Source of the DNA: Deltaproteobacteria bacterium
GTDB taxonomy: Bacteria; SAR324; NAC60-12
Length of the DNA stretch: 64,000 bases
Assembly (NCBI GenBank): GCA_038150265.1
Contig: JAYOTF010000005.1
Coordinates: 32,001 to 96,000, forward strand
Direction of reading: 5' to 3'
The notes beneath the pieces are model-generated. The model made no database searches. It was not told the origin of the DNA and worked only from the letters and a program-made list of their open reading frames with translations. Both the position numbers and the translations under genes were made by a program. Positions within the stretch are counted from its first letter, which is position 1. The number at the start of each line of letters is the position of its first letter. Positions 29,730 through 38,679 of the stretch are shown here, piece after piece.

Positions 29730-30670
29730 TCAGGGTTCAGGTACTCCGGAAGCCGGTAGGTCATGCCGTATTGGGCATAGATCTTCTCCATGGTGCCGTC
29801 ATTCACCATTTGAGTTACCTGGTCTTCCAACGCATAGCCGAGGTCACGAGAGTCCTGCCGGACGGCCATTCCGATGTCCCATTCGGTCCGCGGTTCAGCC
29901 ATTTCGTAGGTGCACTCCGCCTCAATTTCAACTTTTGAGGTCCAGTCTTTTTTGATGTCGGGGCAGCGGATCACGCGTTGAGGAGTGAGAAGCCCGGCGA
30001 GAGGGGGCTGGAACACGTTGATGTTCTCGGTCTCCGAGAGCATGCTTTCCACAGGGCCGGATAGGCCCATGACGGCGGCGACCTCTCCGGTGCGGAGCGC
30101 GTCCGTTGCTGCAGTCAGGTTGGGGTAGCGGACAATGCCGCGGTTGAGGCGTCCCCCAAACATGCCGGACAGGATGAAGTCCGGAATGCTGTCCAGTTCC
30201 ACACCCACCTTCTCATACATGAAGATGGCGTAATTGGGGAACGACTCAATCTTGCGGACGTCGTGCGCCAGCAAGAAGGTTTCAGACTGGTAGGGGGCCG
30301 TGATGACGACGAGCTCGTTCCGGAGGGCAAACTCCAGATCAAAGGGGATGCGGAGCATGAAGTCCGCCACCTCCCAGTTCCGGATGGCGTTGCCTTTTCC
30401 AACAGCCACCCGCAGGTCGGCATCCACGTTTTCCCCGGCCTCATGCCAGTGCCAGCGGGGCTCCACCCCGAGCCGTCGGGCGATCTCTCGCCCAATCTCG
30501 ACATCAGAGCCTCGCGGTTCCCCATTCTCCTGATAGGAAAAGGGGGGGAAGTCGGTGTACACGGCAATGGAGATGTACCCCGACTCCATGACGTCATCCA
30601 GCAAGCGGGCACTGGCCGAACTGAGTGAGACCAGTAACGCCGCGAGGATGCAGAACGCTTTATTCCACAT
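29726..30670 (-). CDS. Quinoprotein-associated substrate-binding-fold protein (family 3)
   Basis: AVYTDFPPFS, AGENVDADLR, ADFMLRIP, KVGVELDSIPDF; overlaps the cytochrome stop. Confidence 0.82.
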   Translation of the reverse strand: MWNKAFCILAALLVSLSSASARLLDDVMESGYISIAVYTDFPPFSYQENGEPRGSDVEIGREIARRLGVEPRWHWHEAGENVDADLRVAVGKGNAIRNWEVADFMLRIPFDLEFALRNELVVITAPYQSETFLLAHDVRKIESFPNYAIFMYEKVGVELDSIPDFILSGMFGGRLNRGIVRYPNLTAATDALRTGEVAAVMGLSGPVESMLSETENINVFQPPLAGLLTPQRVIRCPDIKKDWTSKVEIEAECTYEMAEPRTEWDIGMAVRQDSRDLGYALEDQVTQMVNDGTMEKIYAQYGMTYRLPEYLNPE

Positions 30671-31079
30671 GGACCGTATCCAGCCAGCTGCGGATCGCCC
30701 ACATGGCTTCTTGGCTAAAGACCTCTTCAAAGGCCGGCATGTAGGTCATCCCGTTGCGGATGACCCCGTTGCGGATGCGCATCAGGAACCACTCGTCGCC
30801 TTCCATCCCCACCGGCAGCATGCGCAGGTCGGGGGCAATGCCGCCCGAGATGGCCTCAAGGCCGTGGCAGCGGGCGCAGTTTTGGTTGTAGGCCGAGGCG
30901 CCAATTTCAATGGCCCGCTCGTTTCCGCGGTAGGGGTTTTCATCCAGCCACTCGTCACCCAAAGGCTCCAGGCCACTGGTGTCGACCAACTGCGGAGTGA
31001 CATCGCCATGGGAGAAAGCTGAGCCCGTCCATCCGACGAGGCCAATGAAGAGAGCAAATGCGCTAACAATGAGTCTCAT
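30660..31079 (-). CDS. pedF: Cytochrome c550, PedF/ExaB type
   Basis: HGDVTPQ, NPYRG, YNQNCARCHG heme motif, PDLR, YMPAF, WAIRSWL. Confidence 0.92.
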   Translation of the reverse strand: MRLIVSAFALFIGLVGWTGSAFSHGDVTPQLVDTSGLEPLGDEWLDENPYRGNERAIEIGASAYNQNCARCHGLEAISGGIAPDLRMLPVGMEGDEWFLMRIRNGVIRNGMTYMPAFEEVFSQEAMWAIRSWLDTVHVE

Positions 31080-31208
31080 GATCCATCCAAAAATTGGGGG
31101 TTTGGAGTCTGGCAACGTGGAGGAGGCGGAGGCGGGACCGGTCATGAGCTTCCGCGTCTCCATGCTGACGAAGGTTCCGGTGTCTGGGAAGAAAACCAGG
31201 GAATGAAA

Positions 31209-31230
31209 GGGAGGAGCCGAAGCTCCTCCC
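31209..31230 (-). terminator. Hairpin/terminator after the PQQ-ADH gene
   Basis: Minus strand GGGAGGAGC-TTCG-GCTCCTCCC followed by TTTCATT. Confidence 0.7.
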
Positions 31231-31236
31231 GGGAAC

Positions 31237-33024
31237 TCAGTTGCTGCCGAGTTGCAGCGTGTCCTTCTGGTTGTTGTAGGTGCTCAGCTTCGGAAGCTTG
31301 AAGGTCCAGACCATGCCACCCTGGTTGAGGTAGTTGACGGTCTTGGCGACTTCACCGCCCCACAGCGGAACGGCTCCGCCCCATCCGGACACGACGGTGA
31401 CGTACTGCTCACCGTCCATGCGCCAGGTGACGGGGGATCCGACGATTCCGGAACCGGTCTGGAACTTCCAGAGGGTCTCACCGGTCTCATCATCAACCGC
31501 CATGAATTGGCCTTCCGGAGTTCCGTAGAACACCAGTCCTCCACCCGTGGTCAGCACGCCACCCCACAGCGGAGCGTTGTTGCGCTTTTCCCACTTGATG
31601 TCACCCGTGCGGGGATCGATCGCCTTGAGGGCGCCGATGTAGTCCTCATGCAGCGGCTTGATGGTGAAGCCGGCTCCGAGGTAAGCCGCACCTTTTTTGT
31701 AGGTGACGGGCTCGTTCCAGAGGTCCATCGCCCAGGAGTTGGACGGCACGTAGAAGTTGCCGGTGCGCTGGCTGTAGGCCATCGGCATCCAGTTCTTTCC
31801 ACCGAGGAAGGACGGGTAGACCACGATCGGCTCACCCTTGTCCTGGCCGGCCGGATTTCCGGGGCGCAGCTGGTTCGGAAGCGGACGGCAGTTTTCGTCC
31901 AGTCCCTCGGTCCAGTTCACTTCCACAAACGGAAGGGCGCGGATGCACTTGCCGTTCTCACGGTTGAGGACGTAGAAGTGTCCGTTTCGGTCGGCCTTGG
32001 CGCCGGCCTTGATGGTGCGACCGGTCTTGGGGTCGATGTAGTCAAAGGAGACGAACTCGTTGACGCCATCATAGTCCCAGTGGTCATTCGGAGTGCCCTG
32101 GAAGTGCCACTTGATGACGCCGGTGTTGACGTCGATGGCGAGGGTGGAGGTGCTGTAGAGGTTGTCCCCCTTGCGCAGGTACGCGTTCCAGGGAGCCGGG
32201 TTGCCGGTTCCGAAGAAGGCGAGGCCGGTGTCCGGGTCGTAGGTGCCGCCCAGCCAGGTGGCTGCGCCGCCGAACTTCCACATTTCACCCGGCCAGGTCT
32301 TGCCTGCGGCACCACCCGTGATGCCGTTGTCCTTGCCGTTCAGGGTGCCCATGTGGCCCTCAACGGTGGGGCGGGACCAGACCAGCTCACCGGTGTTGAC
32401 GTCACGAGCCTCAACTTTTCCGACAATGCCGAATTCACCCCCGGACACTCCGGTGATGACCATGCTGTTGACGACCAGCGGAGCGGCGGTGTAGGAGTAC
32501 CCGGCTTTGTAGTCTCCCAGCTTCTTGCTCCAGACGACCTTCCCGGTTTTCTTGTTCAGCGCCACGAGCTTGGCATCCAGGGTGCCGAAGATCACCTTGT
32601 CTCCGCTCAGAGCGGCGCCACGGTTGACCACGTCACAGCACGGCATGATGCCGTCTGGGAGGCGAGCCTCGTACTGCCACAGCTCCTCTCCCGTCCGGGC
32701 ATCGACCGCGAACAGGCGAGAGTAGGAAGCGGTGACGTACATCACGCCATCTTCGATGAGCGGCTGGGTTTCCTGTCCACGCTGCTTCTCACCGCCAAAG
32801 GAGAAGGCCCAGGCGGGGAGCAGGTTTTGGACGTTGTCCTTGTTGATGTCGGTCAGCGGACTGTAGCGCTGGCCTTGCGGTCCCAGTCCGGTCCCCAGAA
32901 CGTCCTCAACGCTGTTTTGGTCATTGAGGATTTCGGCGTCCGTGGTGGCCAGAGCTGGCCCGGCTGGAAGCGCGAGGAGTGCTGCTGCGGCCAGGCCGAA
33001 GTAGCTCATGTTTCGTTTTTTCAT
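31237..33024 (-). CDS. pedH: PQQ-dependent alcohol dehydrogenase, lanthanide type (PedH/ExaF-like)
   Basis: [11 protein letters not shown], vicinal [22 protein letters not shown] with the extra Asp, [11 protein letters not shown]. Confidence 0.9.
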   Translation of the reverse strand: MKKRNMSYFGLAAAALLALPAGPALATTDAEILNDQNSVEDVLGTGLGPQGQRYSPLTDINKDNVQNLLPAWAFSFGGEKQRGQETQPLIEDGVMYVTASYSRLFAVDARTGEELWQYEARLPDGIMPCCDVVNRGAALSGDKVIFGTLDAKLVALNKKTGKVVWSKKLGDYKAGYSYTAAPLVVNSMVITGVSGGEFGIVGKVEARDVNTGELVWSRPTVEGHMGTLNGKDNGITGGAAGKTWPGEMWKFGGAATWLGGTYDPDTGLAFFGTGNPAPWNAYLRKGDNLYSTSTLAIDVNTGVIKWHFQGTPNDHWDYDGVNEFVSFDYIDPKTGRTIKAGAKADRNGHFYVLNRENGKCIRALPFVEVNWTEGLDENCRPLPNQLRPGNPAGQDKGEPIVVYPSFLGGKNWMPMAYSQRTGNFYVPSNSWAMDLWNEPVTYKKGAAYLGAGFTIKPLHEDYIGALKAIDPRTGDIKWEKRNNAPLWGGVLTTGGGLVFYGTPEGQFMAVDDETGETLWKFQTGSGIVGSPVTWRMDGEQYVTVVSGWGGAVPLWGGEVAKTVNYLNQGGMVWTFKLPKLSTYNNQKDTLQLGSN

Positions 33025-33293
33025 CGGTTGTGCCCCCGTGAAAAGGTTTTGAGTCAGTCAAAAGTGGGCAAGGTGCCCCTTGGTTTCCCTGGGAGACGCC
33101 CAAGCACCGGTCGCTCCGGAACGTCTCACCACTACCCAGAAACCCGAACCCTCGGGCTTGCAGGTACATCCGTCCCTCCCGAAGCAGGGACTTTGACAGG
33201 GGGACAGATTAGCGCCCCCCAAGATAGAATGCTTGCTGCATTCTCCAAAAAAATAGAAGTATTGTACCGCTCCCGGTGAGCTCATTGGCGTTT

Positions 33294-34256
33294 TCAGGCA
33301 AGCGCACGCGCCTGCTGCCGCTGGGGGTCCAGGACCCGAAACGCCTGACGCTGGCGCGCCTGGAACTGCTTCGGGGTGACGCCCTTGATGCTCTTGAAGA
33401 GGTTGATGAAGTAGCTCACTGAGGTGAAGCCCATCATGAAGCAGACCTCTGTGACCGAGTGGTCCGGGTGCTGCAGCAACTGACAGGCGCGGTCGATGCG
33501 GAGCTGGTTGATGTACTGAACGGGCGTGAAGCCGAATTCATTCTTGAAGCACCGGAAGAGGTTGGTCTTGCTCATCCCTGCGTGCTTGGCCAGTTCCTCA
33601 ATGGAAATGGCGCGGTGCAGGTTCTTCTTGATGAACTCAGCCGCCTCGGAGAGGCTGTGACAGGGTGCATGCTGGCTACTGTTCCAGAGCCACCTCGACG
33701 AGGCATCAAACTGCAGCATCCGGATCACCAGCTCCATGACCTTGACGTCAATGAGCTTGTCCCGAAGCGGGTGATTTTCGGTGAACACGGTCACCAGGTT
33801 GGCCACAATGCCTTCAATCTGGACCGAGTTGCGAAAGTGGTACTGGTTGTTCGGGTCGTAGCGCCACTCTCCCGATTCCTCTGCCCGAGGCATCTGCTCA
33901 TTCATCCGTCCCACAATCTGCTGGACCTTCTGGGTGTCGATCTCCACCGTCAGGCACTTGGTCGGTTGCTCCAGCTGAGCTTCCGGGAAATCGATGTGGA
34001 TTTCCTCACCGGGAGGCACCACCAGAGACTCTCCGGGCAAAAAGTCGAAGAGTGGATAGCTTTTGAAGTGGATGACCTTGCGGCCTGTGACCATGCCGCA
34101 GTACAGAGGATTGGAAGAACTGAGCGCGACCCGCTCGGCACGCTGGTAGGTGTCATAGACCGAAAACTCCGTGTCTTCGCCTCCGAAGACGGTCCGGTTC
34201 TCGATCAACTTCAACGGTTTGTGGGTCCGCTGGATGCGCTGAAGTTGTTGTTCCAT
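33294..34256 (-). CDS. AraC-family transcriptional regulator
   Basis: C-terminal double HTH (ISIEELAKHAGMS...VTEVCFMMGFTSVSYF); N-terminal ENRTVF/LYCGMVTGRK sensor domain. Confidence 0.9.
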   Translation of the reverse strand: MEQQLQRIQRTHKPLKLIENRTVFGGEDTEFSVYDTYQRAERVALSSSNPLYCGMVTGRKVIHFKSYPLFDFLPGESLVVPPGEEIHIDFPEAQLEQPTKCLTVEIDTQKVQQIVGRMNEQMPRAEESGEWRYDPNNQYHFRNSVQIEGIVANLVTVFTENHPLRDKLIDVKVMELVIRMLQFDASSRWLWNSSQHAPCHSLSEAAEFIKKNLHRAISIEELAKHAGMSKTNLFRCFKNEFGFTPVQYINQLRIDRACQLLQHPDHSVTEVCFMMGFTSVSYFINLFKSIKGVTPKQFQARQRQAFRVLDPQRQQARALA

Positions 34257-34521
34257 GTACACCTCCGTGACCTTCCCAAGTGCGGGCCCCATGCCACTCA
34301 CTTGGCGTCGGACACACTAGTGACTCGCCCTCGTCATGTCAAGCCGAACCCCCACCAGAGTCCCTATATTTTTCCCAGCCGCCGTCGCCATTTCGCTTCC
34401 GCATTTTCCTCCTCTTTCCTACACTCTTTTTCCTGGTTCTCACGTAGGGAACCTCCTTCAGGCATTTCTGGTCGGAGCCTGGTGTTTGGAGGCCTTCCCC
34501 CATCCTCATCCTGGAGCCTGT

Positions 34522-35169
34522 GTGTCAACAACACTTGTGATTGGAAACAAAAACTACTCCTCCTGGTCTCTGCGCCCCTGGCTGTTCCTCCGGCACTTTG
34601 AGGTCCCCTTTGCCGAAGTGCGGATTCCTCTGGATGAGCCGGAAACGGCGAGGCGCATCCGGGAGTACAGTGCCGCGGGGAAGGTTCCGGTGCTGCTGCA
34701 TGACGGGCGGACGGTCTGGGAGTCGCTGGCGATTCTGGAGTACAGCAATGAGCAGTGGGACCTGAAGGGGCTGCCCGAGGCTCCGGAGGCTCGGGCGGTG
34801 TGCCGCTCGGTGTGTGCCGAAATGCACAGCGGCTTCTCAGCCCTCCGGAATGCGCTCCCCATGAATTGCCGCCGAAGAGTCCCCGATTTCGCGCTCCCTG
34901 AAGCCGTGCAGCAGGACGTGACGCGCATTCAGCAGGTCTGGCAGGAGTGTCGGGACGCCTTCGGGAGTGCTGGGCCGTGGCTGTTTGGCACCTTCAGCAT
35001 GGCAGATGCGATGTTTGCGCCTGTGGCCTCACGCTTTCAGACGTATGGCGTCGCACTGGAAAATGAGGCAAGGCGGTACGTCGAGACGGTGCTGGGACAC
35101 CCGGCGATGCAGGAGTGGGAGGCTGCCGCGCAGGCAGAGTCTGAGGTGGTTGAGGCAGAAGAGGTCTGA
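34522..35169 (+). CDS. Glutathione S-transferase
   Basis: GNKNYSSWSLRPW, GKVPVL, WESLAILEY, AEMHSGF, FSMADAMFAPV; GTG start with GGAG RBS. Confidence 0.92.
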   Translation: MSTTLVIGNKNYSSWSLRPWLFLRHFEVPFAEVRIPLDEPETARRIREYSAAGKVPVLLHDGRTVWESLAILEYSNEQWDLKGLPEAPEARAVCRSVCAEMHSGFSALRNALPMNCRRRVPDFALPEAVQQDVTRIQQVWQECRDAFGSAGPWLFGTFSMADAMFAPVASRFQTYGVALENEARRYVETVLGHPAMQEWEAAAQAESEVVEAEEV

Positions 35170-35236
35170 GGGAGGAAACTGAAGAACCGCCACCGTCTGT
35201 GCCCACGGCGGAGGCTCCTCAGTTGAAGCGGCTCGG

Positions 35237-35860
35237 TTACTTGAACAGGTAGCCGAAACCAATGGAGGTTACCGAAAACTTCGCGTCGTAGGTATCTCCA
35301 GGAGTTCCAGTAAAGATGTCGCTGGTCTCAACTTCGACGTCGAAGCTTCTCTGTCCCAGCATCAACTCCCAATTTTCCCCAACGACAATGCCGAGGTTCA
35401 CGAAGTAGGACTGGTTGCGCTTGGACGTGCTCTCATAAAGGGCAGCATAGTCGGTACCGTTGATTTGGTAGGTATCGAGGGACGCATCGCCGAACACGGT
35501 CATGCCCAGGGTGAGGTTGACGCTCTCTCCCAACGTGTAGGAAACATCCAACCCACCCCCAGAGACGGCGATTTCGCTCGTCGTCAACTCTTGGGTAATT
35601 CTGACCGTACCGGAGCCAACTCCGAGACCAATTCCATTGGCAAAGACAAAGGACAACTCTGCTCCACTCGTACTCGTGTCCCAACCGGTGACCTGGGTCA
35701 GGTCCGTGGTGTTGCCGGAAGTGTCTGTCTGATTGTACTCAGTGGCCGTTCCGGCTCCGAGCAGCAGCCGGAACCGTGAGTTGTCGACCGCAAAGGCGGT
35801 GCTGGCAAACAGTGTTGCCACACCCAAGGCCGCCAGTGCTTTCAGGCCTCTTGATTTCAT
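35237..35860 (-). CDS. Small outer-membrane beta-barrel protein
   Basis: Signal ending AFA; alternating strands; C-terminal SIGFGYLF(K) resembles a beta-signal; AGGAG RBS. Confidence 0.7.
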   Translation of the reverse strand: MKSRGLKALAALGVATLFASTAFAVDNSRFRLLLGAGTATEYNQTDTSGNTTDLTQVTGWDTSTSGAELSFVFANGIGLGVGSGTVRITQELTTSEIAVSGGGLDVSYTLGESVNLTLGMTVFGDASLDTYQINGTDYAALYESTSKRNQSYFVNLGIVVGENWELMLGQRSFDVEVETSDIFTGTPGDTYDAKFSVTSIGFGYLFK

Positions 35861-35948
35861 AAGCTTCTCCTGATTGAGAAATCTGTTGCAAACTCCGTAG
35901 AGCTGTCACTGGAATCCAGTTGATTGAAGGTGCGTCCATGCCCTTTGC

Positions 35949-35975
35949 GTATCGGCAGACTGTCAGAAAACTTGA
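35949..35975 (-). promoter_or_regulatory. Sigma-28 (FliA) promoter
   Basis: Minus strand TCAA-N15-GCCGATAC, sharing gtttt...ct spacer ends with the flagellin promoter. Confidence 0.7.
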
Positions 35976-36057
35976 GCGGATTTCGGGGGGAGAAGCGGGG
36001 AGTGCGCGAGGGGAAGGCAGGGAAGAGGAGCCGGGAGGGCTCCTCAGGAAAGGGGGA

Positions 36058-37083
36058 TTATTGTCCGGATGCCTCGCGGAGCCGGGCGGAGCGTTCGTCG
36101 ATGTAGCGCTGGAATTCCGGCTGCGTCGTGTAGGCTTCGTTGAGGACGTACTCAAGAGCAGTTTGGACGTGGAAGCCGCGTAGGTAGCTGTCCATCCGGA
36201 AGGTCTCTTCCTGCGAGCCCTGAGCGTAGAGCAAAATGGTGGGGAAGTAGTTCAGGCTGAGGGAATCCACCCATTTTCGGACGGTTGTTTTTTGTCCGTC
36301 AGGGAGCGTGATGGCGTCATCGGAGAGCGCGTCAAAGCGGACCGCGTGATAATTTTTCAGGAACTCGTGGGTGCCTTTTTGGCTGAAGGCCCCTTGCTGC
36401 ATGCGCAAGCAGTCCTCACAGCTCCGGGTTTCCAGAAAGACCGCAAGGGGCTTGTCTCCAACCAGGGTGTCGAGCGCGGTAGTCTGTTCGAAAAAAGGCT
36501 GGGGGTAGAGTTCTCCCTCAGGGCGTCGGTACTCCGCCAGCGCGTCTTCCGAGACCCCTGCGGTCTGAGCGAGCAGGCGGAGGAAGGGCTTGGGCGGGCG
36601 GTAGCCGTTGATGCGCAGCTTGGGGTTTTCCAGGTCGGGCGTATCGAGGATGAGGATGGTCGGCGTGTACTGAACCTTGAGGTGAATCGCAAAGTCCTTC
36701 TCGCTCATGGTGCTTCCATCCGGAAGCGTCACCTCACGGTCGCCCCGCAGGTTGAAGGAGACCACGTCGAAGTGCTCCTGCACAAAGTCTCGAATGTCCG
36801 GGGCCGACAGATTCTTCTGGGCCATGGCCATGCAGTACGGACACCCTTCCTGCCAGAAGTACAGCATCAGCTGCTTGTCGGATTCCACCGCCTCAGCGAC
36901 GTCTTCATCGACAATCAAGAAGCTGTCTTTGAACCAGTAGGGGTTTTCAAAGGCGGAACCCACGCCTCCCTGGATGAACTCATCCTGGTTGCCCGATTGG
37001 GCACTGGAGAGAGCAGGCAGCCCGAGGAGGAACAGGCCCCCCAGAAGCCAATGAGGCCACTTGAGCGATGCTGAGAAGATCAT
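36058..37083 (-). CDS. Periplasmic double-thioredoxin protein, SoxW-like
   Basis: WFKDSFL, QEGCPYC, VQYTPT, second domain CEDC, YFPT; signal peptide. Confidence 0.8.
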   Translation of the reverse strand: MIFSASLKWPHWLLGGLFLLGLPALSSAQSGNQDEFIQGGVGSAFENPYWFKDSFLIVDEDVAEAVESDKQLMLYFWQEGCPYCMAMAQKNLSAPDIRDFVQEHFDVVSFNLRGDREVTLPDGSTMSEKDFAIHLKVQYTPTILILDTPDLENPKLRINGYRPPKPFLRLLAQTAGVSEDALAEYRRPEGELYPQPFFEQTTALDTLVGDKPLAVFLETRSCEDCLRMQQGAFSQKGTHEFLKNYHAVRFDALSDDAITLPDGQKTTVRKWVDSLSLNYFPTILLYAQGSQEETFRMDSYLRGFHVQTALEYVLNEAYTTQPEFQRYIDERSARLREASGQ

Positions 37084-37225
37084 GATCGAAAACTCCAATC
37101 TCAGAGGAAAATCAGGCGGACGCACCGCCGACTAAACGGGAAGAGCCTCCAAGATTTCAAGGTTTTCGTGGGGTTGTCAATGAAAAAGCGCCAAGGGCGT
37201 CAGGAAGGATTCATGAGGAGGGAGG

Positions 37226-37257
37226 CTCCGGAAGGGAGCCAAGAGGGCCTTCCGGAG
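37226..37257. terminator. Inverted repeat downstream of the small ORF
   Basis: CTCCGGAAGG-N12-CCTTCCGGAG, no strong U-tract. Confidence 0.4.
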
Positions 37258-37267
37258 GGGTGAGCGA

Positions 37268-37414
37268 TCAATGCTGCTCTTGGGTGCCGTGGGTCTGCTT
37301 CCACGCAAGGTAAGCCGCTTGTGCGTCATAGGCGTTGCGGTACTCGGTGCGGAAGTAGTTCTTCATCGCCAGTTCGTTGTTTCGGGTAGGGCTCAGCCAG
37401 TTCAGAATTTTCAT
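37268..37414 (-). CDS. Small protein (48 aa), not in ORF track
   Basis: Manual translation MKILNWLSPTRNNELAMKNYFRTEYRNAYDAQAAYLAWKQTHGTQEQH; AT-rich upstream region and downstream hairpin. Confidence 0.65.
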   Translation of the reverse strand: MKILNWLSPTRNNELAMKNYFRTEYRNAYDAQAAYLAWKQTHGTQEQH

Positions 37415-37626
37415 TGTGTGATCTCAGATTTGAGTGTCCCGACATCCCTCGGGAAGGAAGAGCCAAACCAATTGGCCCTTGTTACTAAATCAATTTAGCG
37501 CTGGTTTTATACAAACTCAAACCTGTTTTTGTAACAATAGTTGCTTTTATTTGGAATGAAACGAATGGGAGGCGCCTTCTCCGGAGGCAGCTCTTCAAGG
37601 CGCCAAACGGTGGAAAGTGGCTCCCT

Positions 37627-38400
37627 TCAGGGCTCAATGCGTTGGCCGTCCCAGGCGAAGCAGGCGCCGCTGTCTTCAGGAGTCAGCCCAGCCAGAACCT
37701 GATACTGCTGCGCAACAGAAAATTCCGGGGTGAACAGCCCTCCTTCGGGAACCAGCGTCTGAAACGGCTGGGAAAGCGCGCTGTCCACGGTTCCGGGGTG
37801 AAGGCCGACGACGATCGCTTTCCTGGAGCGCCGTCGGATTTCAATGGAAGCCGTTCGGATGAGCATGTTGAGCGCGGCTTTGGACGCCCGGTAGGCATAC
37901 CAGCCTCCAAGCCGGTTATCGGAGATGCTGCCGATGCGAGCAGACAGGGCGGCGACGAGGCTCCTTTCGTTTCGAGGCATCAGCGGAACAAAGTGCTTGA
38001 GCACCAGCAGGGGACCGATGGTGTTGACGCGAAAGACCTCCTCCAGCGCCGCTGGATTCACCTCCTTCAGGCTCCGTTCCGGATGCAATTCTGACCCCTG
38101 GTGCAAGATGCCGGTGGCAATGATCAGGCAGTGAAGGGGGCCTTCGATCTGGGCAGCTGCGGCGGCGAGGCTGGCTTCGTCGGTCACCTTGAGGGAAACG
38201 GAGCGCACCTTGGGGTGCGTGAAGGCGGCGCCCGCTCGAGAACCGGCCCAGACCGCGGTGACCTGTTCATCCTGGGCCAGCCGTTCCACCCACGCCTGCC
38301 CAATGGCTCCGGAGGCTCCAATGACGGCGGCGTGGATTCCGCCAGTGGGCGCGTCTTCCTGCGGGAACAGGTCAGCAGGGGGATGTTCCGAAACACTCAT
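37627..38400 (-). CDS. Short-chain dehydrogenase, C-factor/CsgA-like
   Basis: GASGAIG, SARIGSISDNRLGGWYAYRASKAALNM, HPGTVDS. Confidence 0.88.
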   Translation of the reverse strand: MSVSEHPPADLFPQEDAPTGGIHAAVIGASGAIGQAWVERLAQDEQVTAVWAGSRAGAAFTHPKVRSVSLKVTDEASLAAAAAQIEGPLHCLIIATGILHQGSELHPERSLKEVNPAALEEVFRVNTIGPLLVLKHFVPLMPRNERSLVAALSARIGSISDNRLGGWYAYRASKAALNMLIRTASIEIRRRSRKAIVVGLHPGTVDSALSQPFQTLVPEGGLFTPEFSVAQQYQVLAGLTPEDSGACFAWDGQRIEP

Positions 38401-38679
38401 GGTTGTCTCCGTTGGAAGATGAGGAAAAAAGAGCGACATGCTCAGCGGACCGAGTGGGAGCGTCTGCTGAAGCAACTCCAGGTCGTGCTTTCGTGGCCAG
38501 GAAGGCGCTGCGGAAAGCCCGAAGGAAGCACACCGCGACACGTGATTGGGGGAAAGAATCGGGGGGCTTTTTCATGTTTCTTGAAGATATGTCTTGAAAC
38601 GCGATTTATTAAATCACATTTTATAGCCCTTCTTGCTTCCTGAAGAAGGAGGCTCAATTTTTCAGACTTGAGGAGAAAC

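Noticed and set aside
37268..37414. Ribosomal protein L33, suggested by size
   Set aside because: The translation lacks L33 motifs and its basic composition.
38560..38640. Pho box upstream of phnD
   Set aside because: The TCTTGAA repeats are 13 nt apart rather than 11 and match CTGTCAT poorly.
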